This document shows, piece after piece, positions 29,174 to 42,289 of a stretch of DNA of 64,000 nt (positions within the stretch are counted from its first letter, which is position 1; every line of letters starts with the position of its first letter). The notes beneath the pieces are model-generated. The model worked only from the letters and a program-made list of their open reading frames with translations, ran no database searches and was not told the DNA's origin. A program made the translations under genes and the position numbers. Source of the DNA: Chlorokybus atmophyticus (taxonomy: Eukaryota > Plantae > Mesostigma and Chlorokybus algae); assembly GCA_009103225.1 (NCBI GenBank), contig RHPI01001715.1, forward strand, positions 1,260,428 to 1,324,427, given 5' to 3'.

Positions 29174-29990
29174 AACGAGCGGTGCGGCTGTTTGGATGGG
29201 GCGGCCGGCATTAGGGCACACGCAAACACATCACATGAGGGCAGCTAGTGGCCATTACATACGGCACCCGCAACTGCTGCGCGGTATGCGCGGCCCGCCT
29301 GCCGCTCATTGGCTAGGCGGCATTTATCAACTATCAGCCGTCCGATCTATAGAATACAGATCTGGATCATCAAAAGCACATCCCCATGTCATGCAACTGC
29401 TTAGAGATCATGTATGGAAACAGATATCCATATCAACAATAAGCACCATGTGCACGGTGCACATGTGCCAGCATGACGTGTAATACACTTATTAGCATGG
29501 CAAATTTTATGTAGTACCGTTCTCGCCAGGTTACGTGTAAAGGTTATTGATGGGTAACGCAATGGTTTTGATCGGATAAATAATGCTAAATTTACACACC
29601 TTAACTATAGGTTTCAGTGAAACAAGAAATTGAGTTGTTGGGCCACCATTTGGTCACTCATGAATTTCATCAATTGGAATCGCAATAATGACCGTCGCCG
29701 TTGCCCCAATAGGCCCAGGAGATGCCAATCATGTAAAGTGCTCTAAGTATCTGGGCGGCATCTCGGCGGCAACTATTCTCACATGGGGACGCAAAGTCAC
29801 TAGCGTTTCACTGCCAACTCAGCACAGTTAGCAGTTAAATCGCGCGCGTTTTTAGCGATACGAGGCCGGCGCCCCATGCCCCAAAAGCATGCCGCCACTC
29901 TTAGCTCGCTGTAACTATTGCACACTCTGTTACTTGCAACGACTTACTGCACGCAGTTAAGGATGGACACCAAACATGGTGTTCAGCCAA
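29174..29990 (+). repeat. Dispersed repeat family, copy C (apparently full length, ~820 bp)
   Basis: Starts CAACGAGCGGTGCGGCTGTTTGG like copy A. Carries GGCCACCATTTGGTCAC, GCATGCCGCCACT and CAAACATGGT..CAGCC like copies B and D. Confidence 0.8.
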
Positions 29991-30799
29991 ATAAGCACAA
30001 CTTCCACCGTTTCATGCTATGTGACGCTGCAGACTACAAGTTATGGATGTTTTAGTAATTTTCCCCTATAGGGCTCGCATCCAGGGCCATGGGCACCATG
30101 ACGGTGTCATTGCTATAGCAAATTTGAGCGGCCAGAAAGTTGGTGACGGCCTTATTGCTGATAGGGAAGATCATTGCCAGACTTATTGCAAAAAGAACAC
30201 ACCATTTCCTACCCTACAATGGCCGGCAAATAGCTTGAGAAGTTACGAACTCAGGGCGAACAGCGATTTAGGGTTTGGCCCAAAACACCCAACAGCTAAG
30301 GGGCTCGAGGGTGTGCTGCCTGCAATTCACTGCGTCCGGCAATCTCACACGATTCTACCGGTCGTGACGTTATGGCAGCCTGACTGCTGACGGTGGTCAG
30401 GCTGTGTTGACGTCTGTCAGTGTTGCCGTCTGTAGTGTTTGTGAACGCTTGTTGGTGGACAATGACGTGTTGGCAGTCGACGAGGTGTTGTCAATCCTCC
30501 GTTCTGTCGGTCTTGATAGACGTCAATGCGGGTGGTCGCTGTCAGCGTTGGTGTGAGCGAATGTTTTGGCGCCAGTTGGTATGTGAGCAGGCTCCTGTGT
30601 GGCGGCGGCGGCGCCGAAGGTATGGCTGGTGGTGTCGGTCGGTCACCCATCCGCTGGTGCGGTGATGGACGCGGCGGACGCCAGACCTGCTGGTAACGCC
30701 CGCGCGTGTGGCGCCGATCGCTCTCCCCCGCACTATCCTTCCGAGCGCGACACCAACTTTGTGTTCCCGCTCATGCGTCAGGTACCGCTGCGACGTGAC

Positions 30800-30923
30800 A
30801 GCATGCACTTTGCCTTGTAAAGTACTGGCTGCCCTTGCTGCACTTGCTGCCTTTGGTTGTAAAGCATGCACTTTGCCTTGTAAAGTACTGGCTGCCCTTG
30901 CTGCCCTTGCTACCTTTGGTTGT
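30800..30923. repeat. 63-bp direct tandem duplication
   Basis: AGCATGCACTTTGCCTTGTAAAGTACTGGCTGCCCTTGCTGC.CTTGCT.CCTTTGGTTGT occurs at 30800 and 30863. Confidence 0.93.
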
Positions 30924-31670
30924 TGCATTAGGCTTATTGCTGGTTGGCATGCAAGTCACACTGCGTGGAGTCAAGGTGTGGCCCCGTGTACTGGAGGACG
31001 GGGACCTTGAGACCCTGCATATCGGATTTTGTGGTGGCTTTGAGCTTGCGCTGAGTCGTCATGCTGAGGAGCCCCGGTCTGATGCATATGGTCCTGCGCT
31101 GCCTGACATTGTGAGCATCGAGCACCTCCAGCATGGCGTGCCTCAGGCACGTGCATGCTTCCAGATGTGGGACGAAGCTGGTGCAAGTACGTTCTCATGG
31201 CCTCCACTGTAATTCTATGGACTCTACACATGTGTTGCTATTGCATGCAAGCAGAACATGTGTGCGTCTGTTCAATTGCAGGTAAAAGACTTGCGTGCCT
31301 GGACCTCGCTGGCGGAGCTAGCGGGTACATGAAGCCAGGCATGGTGTTGTTGCCTCCCATGCAGGCAACAGCCTGCCACTGCAACACCCATGGTGCCCAT
31401 GACTTTGTGCAGCTGCCAGATAAGTAGGCAGGCTGTTTTGTGCTTGTGCTTGTGCTTGTTCTGGTGGACTGCCTCTGTTGGCAGTCTGCATGTGTCTTTG
31501 GACTTGTGCTGTACATATGTATGCTGTGTGTTGTACTGACAGTGTGAGGCATTTGGATCGGTTGACTGGGCAATGGAATTGCCCAGGGGGTGATGGGTTG
31601 CATGTAGTGAATGCTGCTAATGTGACGCAATGGCACACTGCATTACAGGGCATTGTCATGTATGCATGCA

Positions 31671-34600
31671 CTACCAAGCTATGTCGGCATCACGAACATG
31701 GTCTAGCCATGCGTGCACGTCGAACGTATTGGCTTCCTCGTCGTCTGACGAGAACTGATCTGACTCTACCAACTGTGGTGGGTGGCTGCCAAAGTGATCG
31801 ACATCCTCGTCTGCTTCCGCTTCTGAACTGCTGGTGTCCTCGTCTTCTGTGTCCTGCGCTGGTGGCTGAGTATTGGCTGGCACCTCCTGGGTTGGGGCCG
31901 GGATGCTGTGCGTGTTCTGGCAGTCCAGGCAACCACAGCCAGCACCACATTTGAGGCCGTTCTTCCTGCATTTGCACTGTCTTGTGGTGCACTTGTTCTT
32001 CTTGCAGTTGCAACCGTGCAACACGAGTTGGGCTCTGGTCTTGGCCGCGTGAATGGTCTCTTCAGTGTCCATCATTGCCTTGTACACTCCTTCTATGAGG
32101 GTATATCCGTATTGCGAAAGTGGGGGCTGTTGCAATACATTTGACAGCTTTGCAGCCACATGCCGACTACCCAAAGGCTCCTCTTTGCATGAAGCTTAAG
32201 TGCAGTAGGTGAGGGCATGTCTTCTCTTTGCTCTCGGCAGTCTTCTCCCATATGCCTTGGGCAATTGCATGCAGCCACTTATGAAGTGCTGGCAGGTCCC
32301 CAGTAGAGGTTGAAACTCCATTGGTGTCGTAGAAGATGTTGGCTGCACTGTTGTAGTTGGGGAACACGGCCTTGTGCTTGGCAAAGTACGCGCAGCCTAT
32401 GAGGCGAAGCAGGACAGCTGTGCACTCGCTTTCATTCAGGTCAGAGCAGTTGGAGATAAACTCTGTCTCTCTCTTGAGCACATCCGTCCAATAATAGCTC
32501 TTGCTGATGCCAGCAAAGTAGCTGGTGTAGTCACACCCTATGCCTGCGAAGAAAAGCAATAGAAACTTGGCACGGATGTTGTGTGGATTGTGACGCAGCT
32601 GCGGTGTGCATGCCAGGTGTCTGTACAGGGCGGACAAGTCCAAGAAGGGAGCACGCGAAGTGCAATGGGAGTTGGTAGCCAGCTGGACGTATACTTGTCG
32701 CTCTGGTGATTGCCACTGCTCCAGGGCGGCCATGCCAATGATCGACACATCTGTGTCGGGTGAGTACACCAGGATACATGACCACCCGCACTTTAGAGCA
32801 TGCAGCCAGACACGGCTGTCTGCTTCTGCATGGTTGCATAGGTATGCGTCACTCTCAAAGAACTGCAGACCGTGGGGGGTGAGTGCCACCACTCTGGCTT
32901 TGTCCTTGTATGCAGGGGAGTCAGAGCCTCCGGCAACAATGAATGTCTGGCCATGTCGGAGATAGGGTGACACCATCTCAGGTAAGTGGTCTGTCATCAG
33001 ATTGCACAAATTGCGTTTCAAGTCAGCCAGCAGGTCCCTCCAGGACATGGGGACCTCGCTGTCTAGTGTCAATGTTCTGGTGGATCTCTGAGTGGCACCG
33101 TCTCTAAGTGCTTGCAGGCTGCTCTTTACTCCTGTTGCGTGTGTGGGGTCATCAAACACCACGTGGAGAGACTGAACGCTGGGGTTGAATAGGCTAGGGA
33201 GCAAGCATGTGCGGACTATCTGAAGCAGGTAGTCCCTCATGGTGACAACTCCGGTGCTGGGCCCTTTGTTAATCAGGAACATGCCTTCTGCTATAATGGC
33301 TTGTACACCATGTGGATGCCTGTGCACTTGAGATGGAAGGCATGACGCTGACAGTAGGCTGAGGAACCTGGCCTTGTCTCCCTTTCTCATGTCTCCATCT
33401 TCTGTGAATATGGCCATCGGGATCTCCTGATATAATGTCATGACAGCCTCCACTGGCGCTCCAGACTTCTTTAAGATGAGTGTCTTGGTCTTTTGCATGC
33501 GATGCAATGCTCTCCCTCTTTGCACAACTTGCTTCTTCACTTGCATGGTCTTGAGACCAAACCGGCGTCCTATGTTGACATCGGACATCTCATTGCAGTG
33601 CACTGCCGTAACGAAGAGGCAAAATTGGTCTTGACCAACAGCATAATGTTTGCCCAGGTCAGCTGCAGCTGAAGGAGTGGCTTCTCTGCCTGTCACTAGG
33701 TGCAGCAGTTGCTCCTGTAGGGTTACACTTAATACAGCTGCTGTTTCTAGTAGCTGCAAAATGGCTGCGACGTTGATTGCTGTTTTGTCGCTGGCCACCA
33801 CAACGGTATCCTCTGGTGCGGCAGCTTCATCCTTGATGCGCAGCACATGCAATAGCCTTTTGAGCCCCAGCGCTCGATGGGAGATGTGAGCAGTTTTGCG
33901 GGTCAGGTAGTCTGGGTTGGGTCGAGTCAGTGTTCGTTTCAGATCCTTGTTGATCAAGCACTCATGTGCCTCATCTAAAGCCACATTGCTAGAGCCCTTG
34001 CCGGTGATACTGATAGTGAACGCCCCTTGCTGCAGGTGATGTAGCATGTCTGGAGGCATTTGCTGAATGTCCACCAGGTGCTGACTCATGAGGCGTTGGT
34101 AGTGTGGTCTGTCCCATGCGAAGGACAGTGGTGATAAGGTCTTGTACGAGGCCACACGTAGGTCCCATTGAGATGTCCGCAAGGCCAAGTACAGAGCAAG
34201 GTACGCTGCAGCATCACCTGTTGTGAAATTCCACCACAACGCCCATGTAGCATCAGTTTCTGCTCTCAGTGCTCCGTAAGCAAAAAACTCGGCGCAGTGT
34301 CGTGGATCATTGAGGTCGATGTCTTCAACACTGTTTATGCCCAACTTCTCCAGCGTATCCGGATGAGCCTGCATGAATATCTTCAGCTGATACCAGTAGA
34401 TGCCTTCCCAGCATTGCAGCAGGTAAGCGTGCATGCGCTTCCAGTTGGAGCCTTCTGCTAACATGTTGCGTGCAGTGCTGGTAGGTATGCCAGCACAAAC
34501 ACACATCTCGTCCAATCCGGCATCCCAGTAGATCTTGAACAGCACTGGTAGTAGGTTGTAGAGTGCATGCCAGTCTCCTGGCAGAGGCAGGAGCCAGTCC

Positions 34601-37565
34601 CAGTAGCCAGGTTCGGTGTGCTTCAGGGTCTGCATGAGGCTGAAGGTCTTTTGGTCACCAGCCACTAACACCTTGCAGTTGGACAGATCTACACGAAGTC
34701 AGTTCACAACGCTTCTTTGCCTCCATCTTCACCAACTGCCTGATGTAAGCCAATGTTTTTGCTGACAACTCTGGATGCTCTGCCCTCGGCTCCTCCACGT
34801 TTTGGTGCACAACACCAAGCATACAGGCTGCGGGGTCCACCCAACTCCTCATCAGCAGCATTCCATGTCGTTTGGAGCCAGTGACAACAAAGAGGGCTGT
34901 CTGCAGTACGCGCCTGGCAGTGCGCACCAGATTGCACCGCTGATGGTGAGTCAGCTTGCACAGTGTCCCTACATCAGTCATCTTCACCGGCGCACAGCTG
35001 TGTAGCAGCTGCGCTGCAATGTATCTCACTGGTTCGGCTGGCAACTCACGGTGCGTTACAGGTCCAGCAACTTGCTTCAACAAGGCCATGTATTCCTCCT
35101 CCCGACCCACTTGCTGTTGCCAAGACACCCCGCCAGTTCCAGATGAGTCCTTCAATGCATCCAGTGCATCTTGAAGCCTATTGACTTCCATCTGCAACTT
35201 GTAGACTTGTGCTTGACTGCCTGCATCCTGCTGCTCAGCTCCCACCGCACGTGCATAGAATTCGTGAGCATCATTCCTTGCATCCGCGGCGTCACGTTGC
35301 AGCTCCTGCACGACCAACACCACACTCATTGCCTTGCACATTCCATCTGAGTGGGTACACCGCAATGCACCCACCTCAATGAGGCTGCCTTGGGCGCTAT
35401 ATTGTTGCTGCAGCTGGAGCACCGCTGCCTTGGCAATTGCTTCACTGCGCTCCAACTCAATGACCCTGGCTGCCATCTGATTGCCCCGTGACTCACCGTC
35501 TTCACCCAGCCTCGCAGACCTCTATTAGGGAAGTGCACTTCTGCATTTAGTACATGTCTTGTTGGCTGGCACAGCAATGTGCACACATGCACGTATGCAA
35601 CTCACACCTGTTGGTTGCAGCGCTCAAGGTTCTGCAACTGATCAGCTAGGGCGCTGGCACGGTCCCAGGCTGCACCTCTGGCCACCCTCAACTCCTGGAA
35701 TACCAATAGACAAGTAAACACCCTGCATGCCTTGTAGATGCAGTCTGCATCAGACCAACCTCAGCCCGATGGTGGCAGGATTGAAGCCCACGCCTCATCT
35801 CCAGAAGATCACCATTGCGCCCTGCCAATAGTCCAAGGAGGCAATCCACCTCAGCCTCAGTCTGCTCTCGGGCAAACACACTCTTCCAATGCAACTCCTC
35901 CACACTGGCGGTGTTGGTTGCTCGCACGCAGCTCTGCTTCCAGAGCTGCACCATAGGCTTGCAAACGCTCACACTCCTTGAGTAGTGACACTGACTCGCC
36001 AGAGTCATGCCTTTGCACAGGCTCGCTACTGTCGTGCCTTTGCTCGCCCTCTGGTAGGCTATCTGTAGACTGTTGCACTGTATGGCTTGGTGTGAAGTGG
36101 GCCCCTGCATGCCCCCCTCTATCGCTACTACTCTGCCATTCTCGCAAACGCAACTGCACCTCTACGTTTCCTCTTTCTGCAGCAGCTAATGCATTCCTCA
36201 CATGGTCCAATTGCAGCAGCAGCCCACTCCTTTCGGACTCCCAAGCTGCCACCACATCCTATGCACCACAACTTGTTCATTACATTGCTGCATTATGTAC
36301 CAGTACCACAGCTCAGGACACACCCCTTGCACAACACACTACAACACCAATTGCACAACACAACCCAACTTACTTCAGCGCACAACACTGCAGCACACAC
36401 ATGCATCACATTGCCACGCACTTAGAGGCTGACCTGCACTGAAGACAAGTTGTCCGCACTCAAGTTCATATTGAACACCGGCACACCGACATCAGCATTG
36501 GCAGCTGCAAAACCTAACGAAAGGCATAGAATTCAGTACAGAGTCTAACACACACACTATGGATAAGTATAAGGTCGCACATACGGTGCTCTCGGACCTC
36601 CAACGTAATTGGGGACTCGAGTATGAGTCGGTGCTCCCGTGTGTTGTGAGCCTTGGAACGTGCTGTTGTCACAGCTCTCACTAGGCTGCGAGGGCTGAGA
36701 AGGCTGCACGTTTGCATCATATGGCCTTGGTCCATGACTGCTGCCAACCCCACCCGGACGTCCTCCATTACCACCCAGTGTAGTTGGGTCCACATTCTCC
36801 TGATTGTCACTACGCCCATTCTAGCACATAACAGTTGTTAGTCACTGTGCACATGCGCTGAGCTGTCAACCGTCCTACTCACCACATAGGAGCTGCCGAG
36901 AGGAGGGCTGATGTATGGCGCTGATGCTCGCCGCTGCAGATCCTCCTGCAGTCCGGCTGCTCCAGGTGGACGCCATTCAGGATGTATACCCTACAGGCAA
37001 ACCAGGGTTGACACATCAACCCACACAGACACACCAATCTCAACAAACACATACACCACTATTACCAATGCATAACAACACCCTCACCTGCAACATATGC
37101 AGAGTCCGCCTGTCAGACTGCAACCTCCAACAGCGACCAGACATAGCTACCGCGATCAGCACTTCGCTATCGTTGAGGCCATCAGACAGATTGAGATGGC
37201 TGCGCAGAGCCTCGATAACATCCTTGCGCTTGGCTCGATACTTTTTGGCAGAAGCGGCCTGGGCAATCCTCCGCTTCTTCTTCGCAGCTTCATCGCCAGG
37301 CGAAGAAGCCGTACCCTCAGCATTGCGCCCACGTGAGCGCCTACCAACATTAGCCTGCGAGGCCTCCCCCCCCCCGCTTTATATGCACGTGGTCACCATC
37401 ACCGCCATGTGACGGCACCCCCATGCAGTCCGCGTGCTGCTCTTCGCCGTGCTCCTCTTGCTGGCTCTCGACATGCTCACCATTGTACTCCCCACCTACA
37501 CTCACACCCTGACTACCCATACCCACAACCACTTGAAACCGCCACAACCACCCATACGCCTTCAC
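31671..37565 (-). mobile_element. Academ-like DNA transposon gene (transposase + XPG/FEN1-like nuclease + Cys8 zinc finger) with spliced N-terminal basic and coiled-coil exons; frameshifted (decayed)
   Basis: The 834-aa ORF has GDQKT..WLLPLPGDWHAL..YWDAGL, FAWDRPHYQR, NVALDEAHECLINKDLK, HAEADSRVWLHA, VYSPDTDV and GCDYTSYFAGISK (H3TH). After two frameshifts at ~32230 and ~32155 come PSPTALKLHAKRS and CNCKKNKCTTRQCKCRKNGLKCGAGCGCLDCQN. TIRs and TSD were not located. Confidence 0.75.
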
Positions 37566-38263
37566 CGCCGCCTGTGCCGCCCACTGCTACACACACCCCC
37601 CACAGCTGAGTGCACTCAAGCCGCAACAGCCAAATTGAAATTTCAGCACTTCGCGCCTCATTGCGCACGTGCACAACTGATGGAATCAACATCAGCCGAC
37701 AGCGAACGGAAAAAAGGGTCCATGACCACCCCCATGACGCCGACAGCTATCGCCAAATGCCGACACAGTTCACTCGCGGTGACGGCGACAGCAAACGACA
37801 CCGTTGCACACGGATGCCGCGGCATCACCCAAATTGACGCAGCGAAACCCCCTCGAGCCCCATGCCTGCCAACGTTATCGCGCTACCGATAACGCGCCTC
37901 TGGTCCAGATATATGTTCAAAAAACACTTCGGGTAGACATTTCTGTTAGTTACAAGAAATTTATATACGTCTCCGCCGGAAAATCAACGTAGCGCCTGGC
38001 ATCACTTATGGACAAAGATACCTACGAAATTTGGTCGATTTACCCTGGTCACCGCGACATGTTCATTGACTATAACGTGAGAATGACTTTCCTATATCGG
38101 TCGTCAGTCGAAATATGACGACTTGCCGCGGCCAGAAGTCGCGCTGTTTTTTGGCGCGCAAGTTGCCGAGTAGTCGGCCGATGACGTGTCCCCATCACGA
38201 AAAATTTAGGTCGAGGTCCCTTAGTGATTGGTTATGGACCATCACACCCTTAGGGGGAGGAAT

Positions 38264-38351
38264 GTTACGATTGTAGCATAAAGCCATGTGAAATCCTCAA
38301 CCATCAGCGCCTTTTGCTGATGTAACCTAGTGGAAACCCCTCATTTTATAA
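38264..38351 (+). repeat. Second, truncated copy of the 28635 repeat
   Basis: GTTACGATTGTAGCAT...GCTGATGTAACCTAGTGGAAACCCCTCATTTTATAA. No B box follows. Confidence 0.6.
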
Positions 38352-40418
38352 CAGTGATTAATCTCACGCACCATTCTTGTAATAGGTGTGAAGGCTGCAA
38401 CGCGAGGCTTATCGCCGTAACATGCACCAGTAGCCTTACTTTAAATGAAACACATGTCACACGTGTGACAACCAGCGAAAGTGAATGATACACTTACGTT
38501 TATGAAAAAGTGACATGTAAGAATTTATATGGACAACAACACGTTTTGTGTGTACCAATAAATCACGAAAGCTTTATCGACGTGCTACTTTGTTTGGCAA
38601 GACACAGTGCTTGGCACGTAGTGCTGATTTACCATTAGTGAAATGGCAGTAAACTCCACGCAAGCATTGCGCTATGACTACGATTGAGCCTTGCTGTCAC
38701 GCTGGGTGTTGGGGCTTTACACAAAGCCAGGTTTTATGTTCAATTGTATGGGCAACGATATCCGCTTATTTGACATCAACCACATCGCCCCTACAACGTG
38801 CTGATACCCTGGCTATACCCGGTCGTTGGTCTGATGTCAGTCATCCCTACGAGTTTGGCTTTACATTGACACTTGCACATACTATTGCCGAGCAGCAGCC
38901 CTCTCAACCTAGCTTAACCTAAGTTGGTTGTGGTTGTTGTACGTGGTAGAGCAACGGGGCCGTTGGAGCAACAAAGCAACACAGGCCGAAGATTGCATCA
39001 ATAGGGGCGAGGAAGGCTAGGCAATAGACGAGACAAGACTATACCTAAGCTACGAGATGACTATGTGCATGCTACTTGCGGGTCTCAATGCTAGGTCGTA
39101 GCATGAGTCTTTGTGTATGAAAGTCCGCATTGTGCACTCTGCTTGGGCCCTTAGCCTAATTGATTGCCTGCTTGCGTGCCTTGTTGTGTGCACTACTGTT
39201 TGCCTTGCACGCGAGCACAAGTTCTTAAAATATGTGCCTCGCGCAGCTCCAATGTTTGTTATGCAATGCAGCAGGCAGGCAAGGACAACACGGCATGGAA
39301 AATCAGCACGAGCGGCGCAGCTACATGCGGAGCAGCGCAGTTTATGTGATGTCTGCTGGTTGGTCAAAGATTATGTACCTCTGATATCATGGTGTTGTCT
39401 GCTTACGAGGGCCCCTCTATAATACCCTATGCTTCACCCCAAAGTCTTCCGTGTTGTTGCGCTTGTGTGGCCAGCCACAAACACTCACTGGTTGGTACAT
39501 GACAGTCGCATTGATAGTTGCGGATACAAGCGGCTGTAACGGAGCGCTACATGGCCCAACAGAAGATGCAACCGCAGCCGAGTGTTGCGTCAACATTGCA
39601 TCAAACCCATCCCCCGTGTCGGTCAACCCCAACAGTTGACTTTGTTGGCGGAGGGCTCGTTGCTCATCAGTTGCTGGGGCATGTACAGTACAAAGTTGCA
39701 GATTTGCTGGTTGACTGCGTGCCTACGTGATTGATGATGTGTTCAGTTACTTCCACATTATGCGTAAACCCTGTTGGGTATAGCTCTCAGTCATCCATTG
39801 ACAAGTCCTGGCGTCATACAGACTGCAAGCAAGTTGTGCGTTGATGAAAGCACAGCAGCAGGCTGCAAACCAAAGCAAACTGTACCATATATTCCTCAGT
39901 TTGCTCTACCATGACTGGGCCGTAACCTGCACCAAAAGGCTATCTACAATGTGTAACAGGCGACAAGAGTCTGGACTGAAGCTGGAGTACACACACACAC
40001 ACACACACAGACACCTGTGTATGTCTGTGTGTAAAGTAGGCACAAAGAACTTACGTAAAACACATTTGAAAAGGCAGGCAGCATATCTTCTCGATCACTG
40101 TCATGTAGCAACACCTATTATTGCCCCATGATGGAGAGAAGCAGGAGTAAGCGCAAGCTCCTGGAGGCCTGCGTGCTCGTAGTAGTAGAGAGCGCTGGAG
40201 AAAATACTCAAAGAAAAGAAAGTATCGAGGCCTTGACTGCTGTGCAGCGGACGATAGGTAGGCGACCTGCTGTGCAGCGGAGAGGATGTGCAGGTGTGTA
40301 CAGCTGTGGCAGCTCCCATGGTGTCCAAGGAGGCGCAACCAAACTCTGTCATGGTGATGAACATTCTACACTTTGCATGGCGTGGCATGTGTGGAGGCCT
40401 GCCTTATTGGGTTTTTGT

Positions 40419-42289
40419 TCAGGCTGAACTCGCCAAGTGCTGTTGCGCTTGGTAGAGCCGTGAAGTTGAAGGCAGCTGAAAGCTCAGAACCTCATCAAAG
40501 GGCTGCGGCAGGTAAGAGCTGTGCAGCCACTCCTCAAACATCAGCCGCTCATTAGGGAGCTCAGTGTTTCCGCACGGCAGCGACGCTGATGATGAGAAGG
40601 AGTTGAACGATGATGATGATGATGAAAACATTGCTGATAGCAAGGAGGCATTGGACACGCTCTGCTCCGTCACCATCGGGAAGATGTTCAACGAGTCGTC
40701 CATCCCTAGAGGAAATGCCAATTGCATAGAAGCTGGCGGGGGCGTGGCGGACTTCACTTGAGGTGAGGATGTCGAGGAATGGTTGTTGATGCACATGGTG
40801 TGCAGCTGGTCGGCAAAGCTTGATGCGCTGCTGTTCGATGTTGCAGTGTTCCAGTATGATGTTGTCTCGGCTTGCATACTTGGAAACTTCAGCTCTGGTA
40901 AGTTGTCATATGCGGGCGGCAGGCCCACCACAGACTCCAGCATCTGGTCGCGGCTTGAATGATTGAAGCTGGGCAGCAAGTCCAGTGTCGCCGTGCAGTT
41001 AGCCTGGTTGTGTTGATGATGGTGGTGGACGTCTTGCGCAGATACGCGCAAGGCGGATGTGAAAGACGGGCCAGTCAGGTCGCTCGATGACGATATTGTT
41101 GTGGTGGGTGTTTGCGAACCTGCGTGTCATTGCTGTGTCAGACCATGCCAAACAGAACAAGCACATGCAGCAGCAGCTATCACCCAGGCTCGATATAGAG
41201 TTTGTAGTTGAACAGCACAACAATCACCTGAAAGCTCTCCTTCTTGGTAATTGACATTTGGCGTGGCAGTCTCCCTCTTCAGGCCCCGGTGGTGCTTGCC
41301 ATGCTGCGACAGGTGGGGAAAGCGCCTGCGTAGGCTGGAGTTCCAGTGGTTTTTGATGGCGTTGTCGGTGCGTCCGGGGATGAGGCGCGCGATGGACGCC
41401 CACTTGTTGCCGTGTTCAATGTGAGCAGCGAGGATGGCCGCGTCCTCCGCCTCTGTGAATGGCGTCTTGAGCACGGCTGGGTTCAACTGGTTGCACCATC
41501 TGCGCGCACACGCACTCTCAAACCTTGAACATGGTGCATGGTGGACGCATGCACAACTCACAAACAATCGCACAATAGGAGACAAGTAAGCAGTTCCGTT
41601 GCTGCAACGTGCATGTACCTGAGGCGACAAGACTTGCCCGACCGCCCTCTTATCCCATGTGAGATGAGCGACCAGTTTTGAGGGCCAAACTTGAGCACCA
41701 GAGACCTCAAGAGCTGGTCTTCCTGCAGTTCACACAGCAGAGAGCAGACTGTTAAGGCAAATAACAACTTTCTCATGCTCGCTGACCGACACTAGTGGCC
41801 ACAACTGACCACAACAATCCAACGCATTCGCTGCTGAGTGCACTGTTCCCATGCGTATGCAGCAACCCACAACGCTGCCAACAACAGGCAAGGGCAGTCG
41901 GCTTTTGCTTGAAGGCTTTAGGCCATGGCGAACGACAAGCACACATGGAAGCCCTCTAAACAAACCCTGGCAGCTTGGCACACGGCAAAATCAAGCAGCC
42001 AGCAGCAGCTGGACAATGCTCGTTAGCAGAGCAACACTTAATACGCTCAGCTGCACATGCGCTTGTCGCCAGTTTCATTTACAGCAGCAGTTCAAAGCAC
42101 AGTATAGCAACAGTATCAAGGACAATAACAGCAAGATCATGTGCTAGCATAGCAGTAGGTAGAGCAGCTTAGCAGAGAGGCGAGACGGCACACGCAGTGT
42201 CTGCGCACTGCTCTCACCTCTGGACTCCAAGGGCCTTTAATCACCATGGTTTGCGAGCCTCTGCCGCTGCCAGACGGGACTCTGCACAT
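40419..42289 (-). CDS. R2R3-MYB transcription factor; exons 42289-42218, 41722-41619, 41500-41228, 41119-40419 (3' end could extend to ~39417)
   Basis: IKGPWSPE|[35 protein letters not shown]|[53 protein letters not shown], followed by a Ser/Gln/His-rich tail. Junction phases are consistent. Confidence 0.92.

Noticed and set aside
30265-30275. Telomere-like TTTAGGG
   Set aside because: It is a single copy, not an array.
30040-38260. Candidate Academ TIRs (CCCCTATAGGG at ~30062 vs CCCTTAGGGG at ~38228)
   Set aside because: The match is too short and does not extend, and no TSD is evident.
38455-38470. Perfect 16-bp palindrome TGTCACACGTGTGACA
   Set aside because: It is isolated with no supporting context, and a G-box core alone is not evidence of function.
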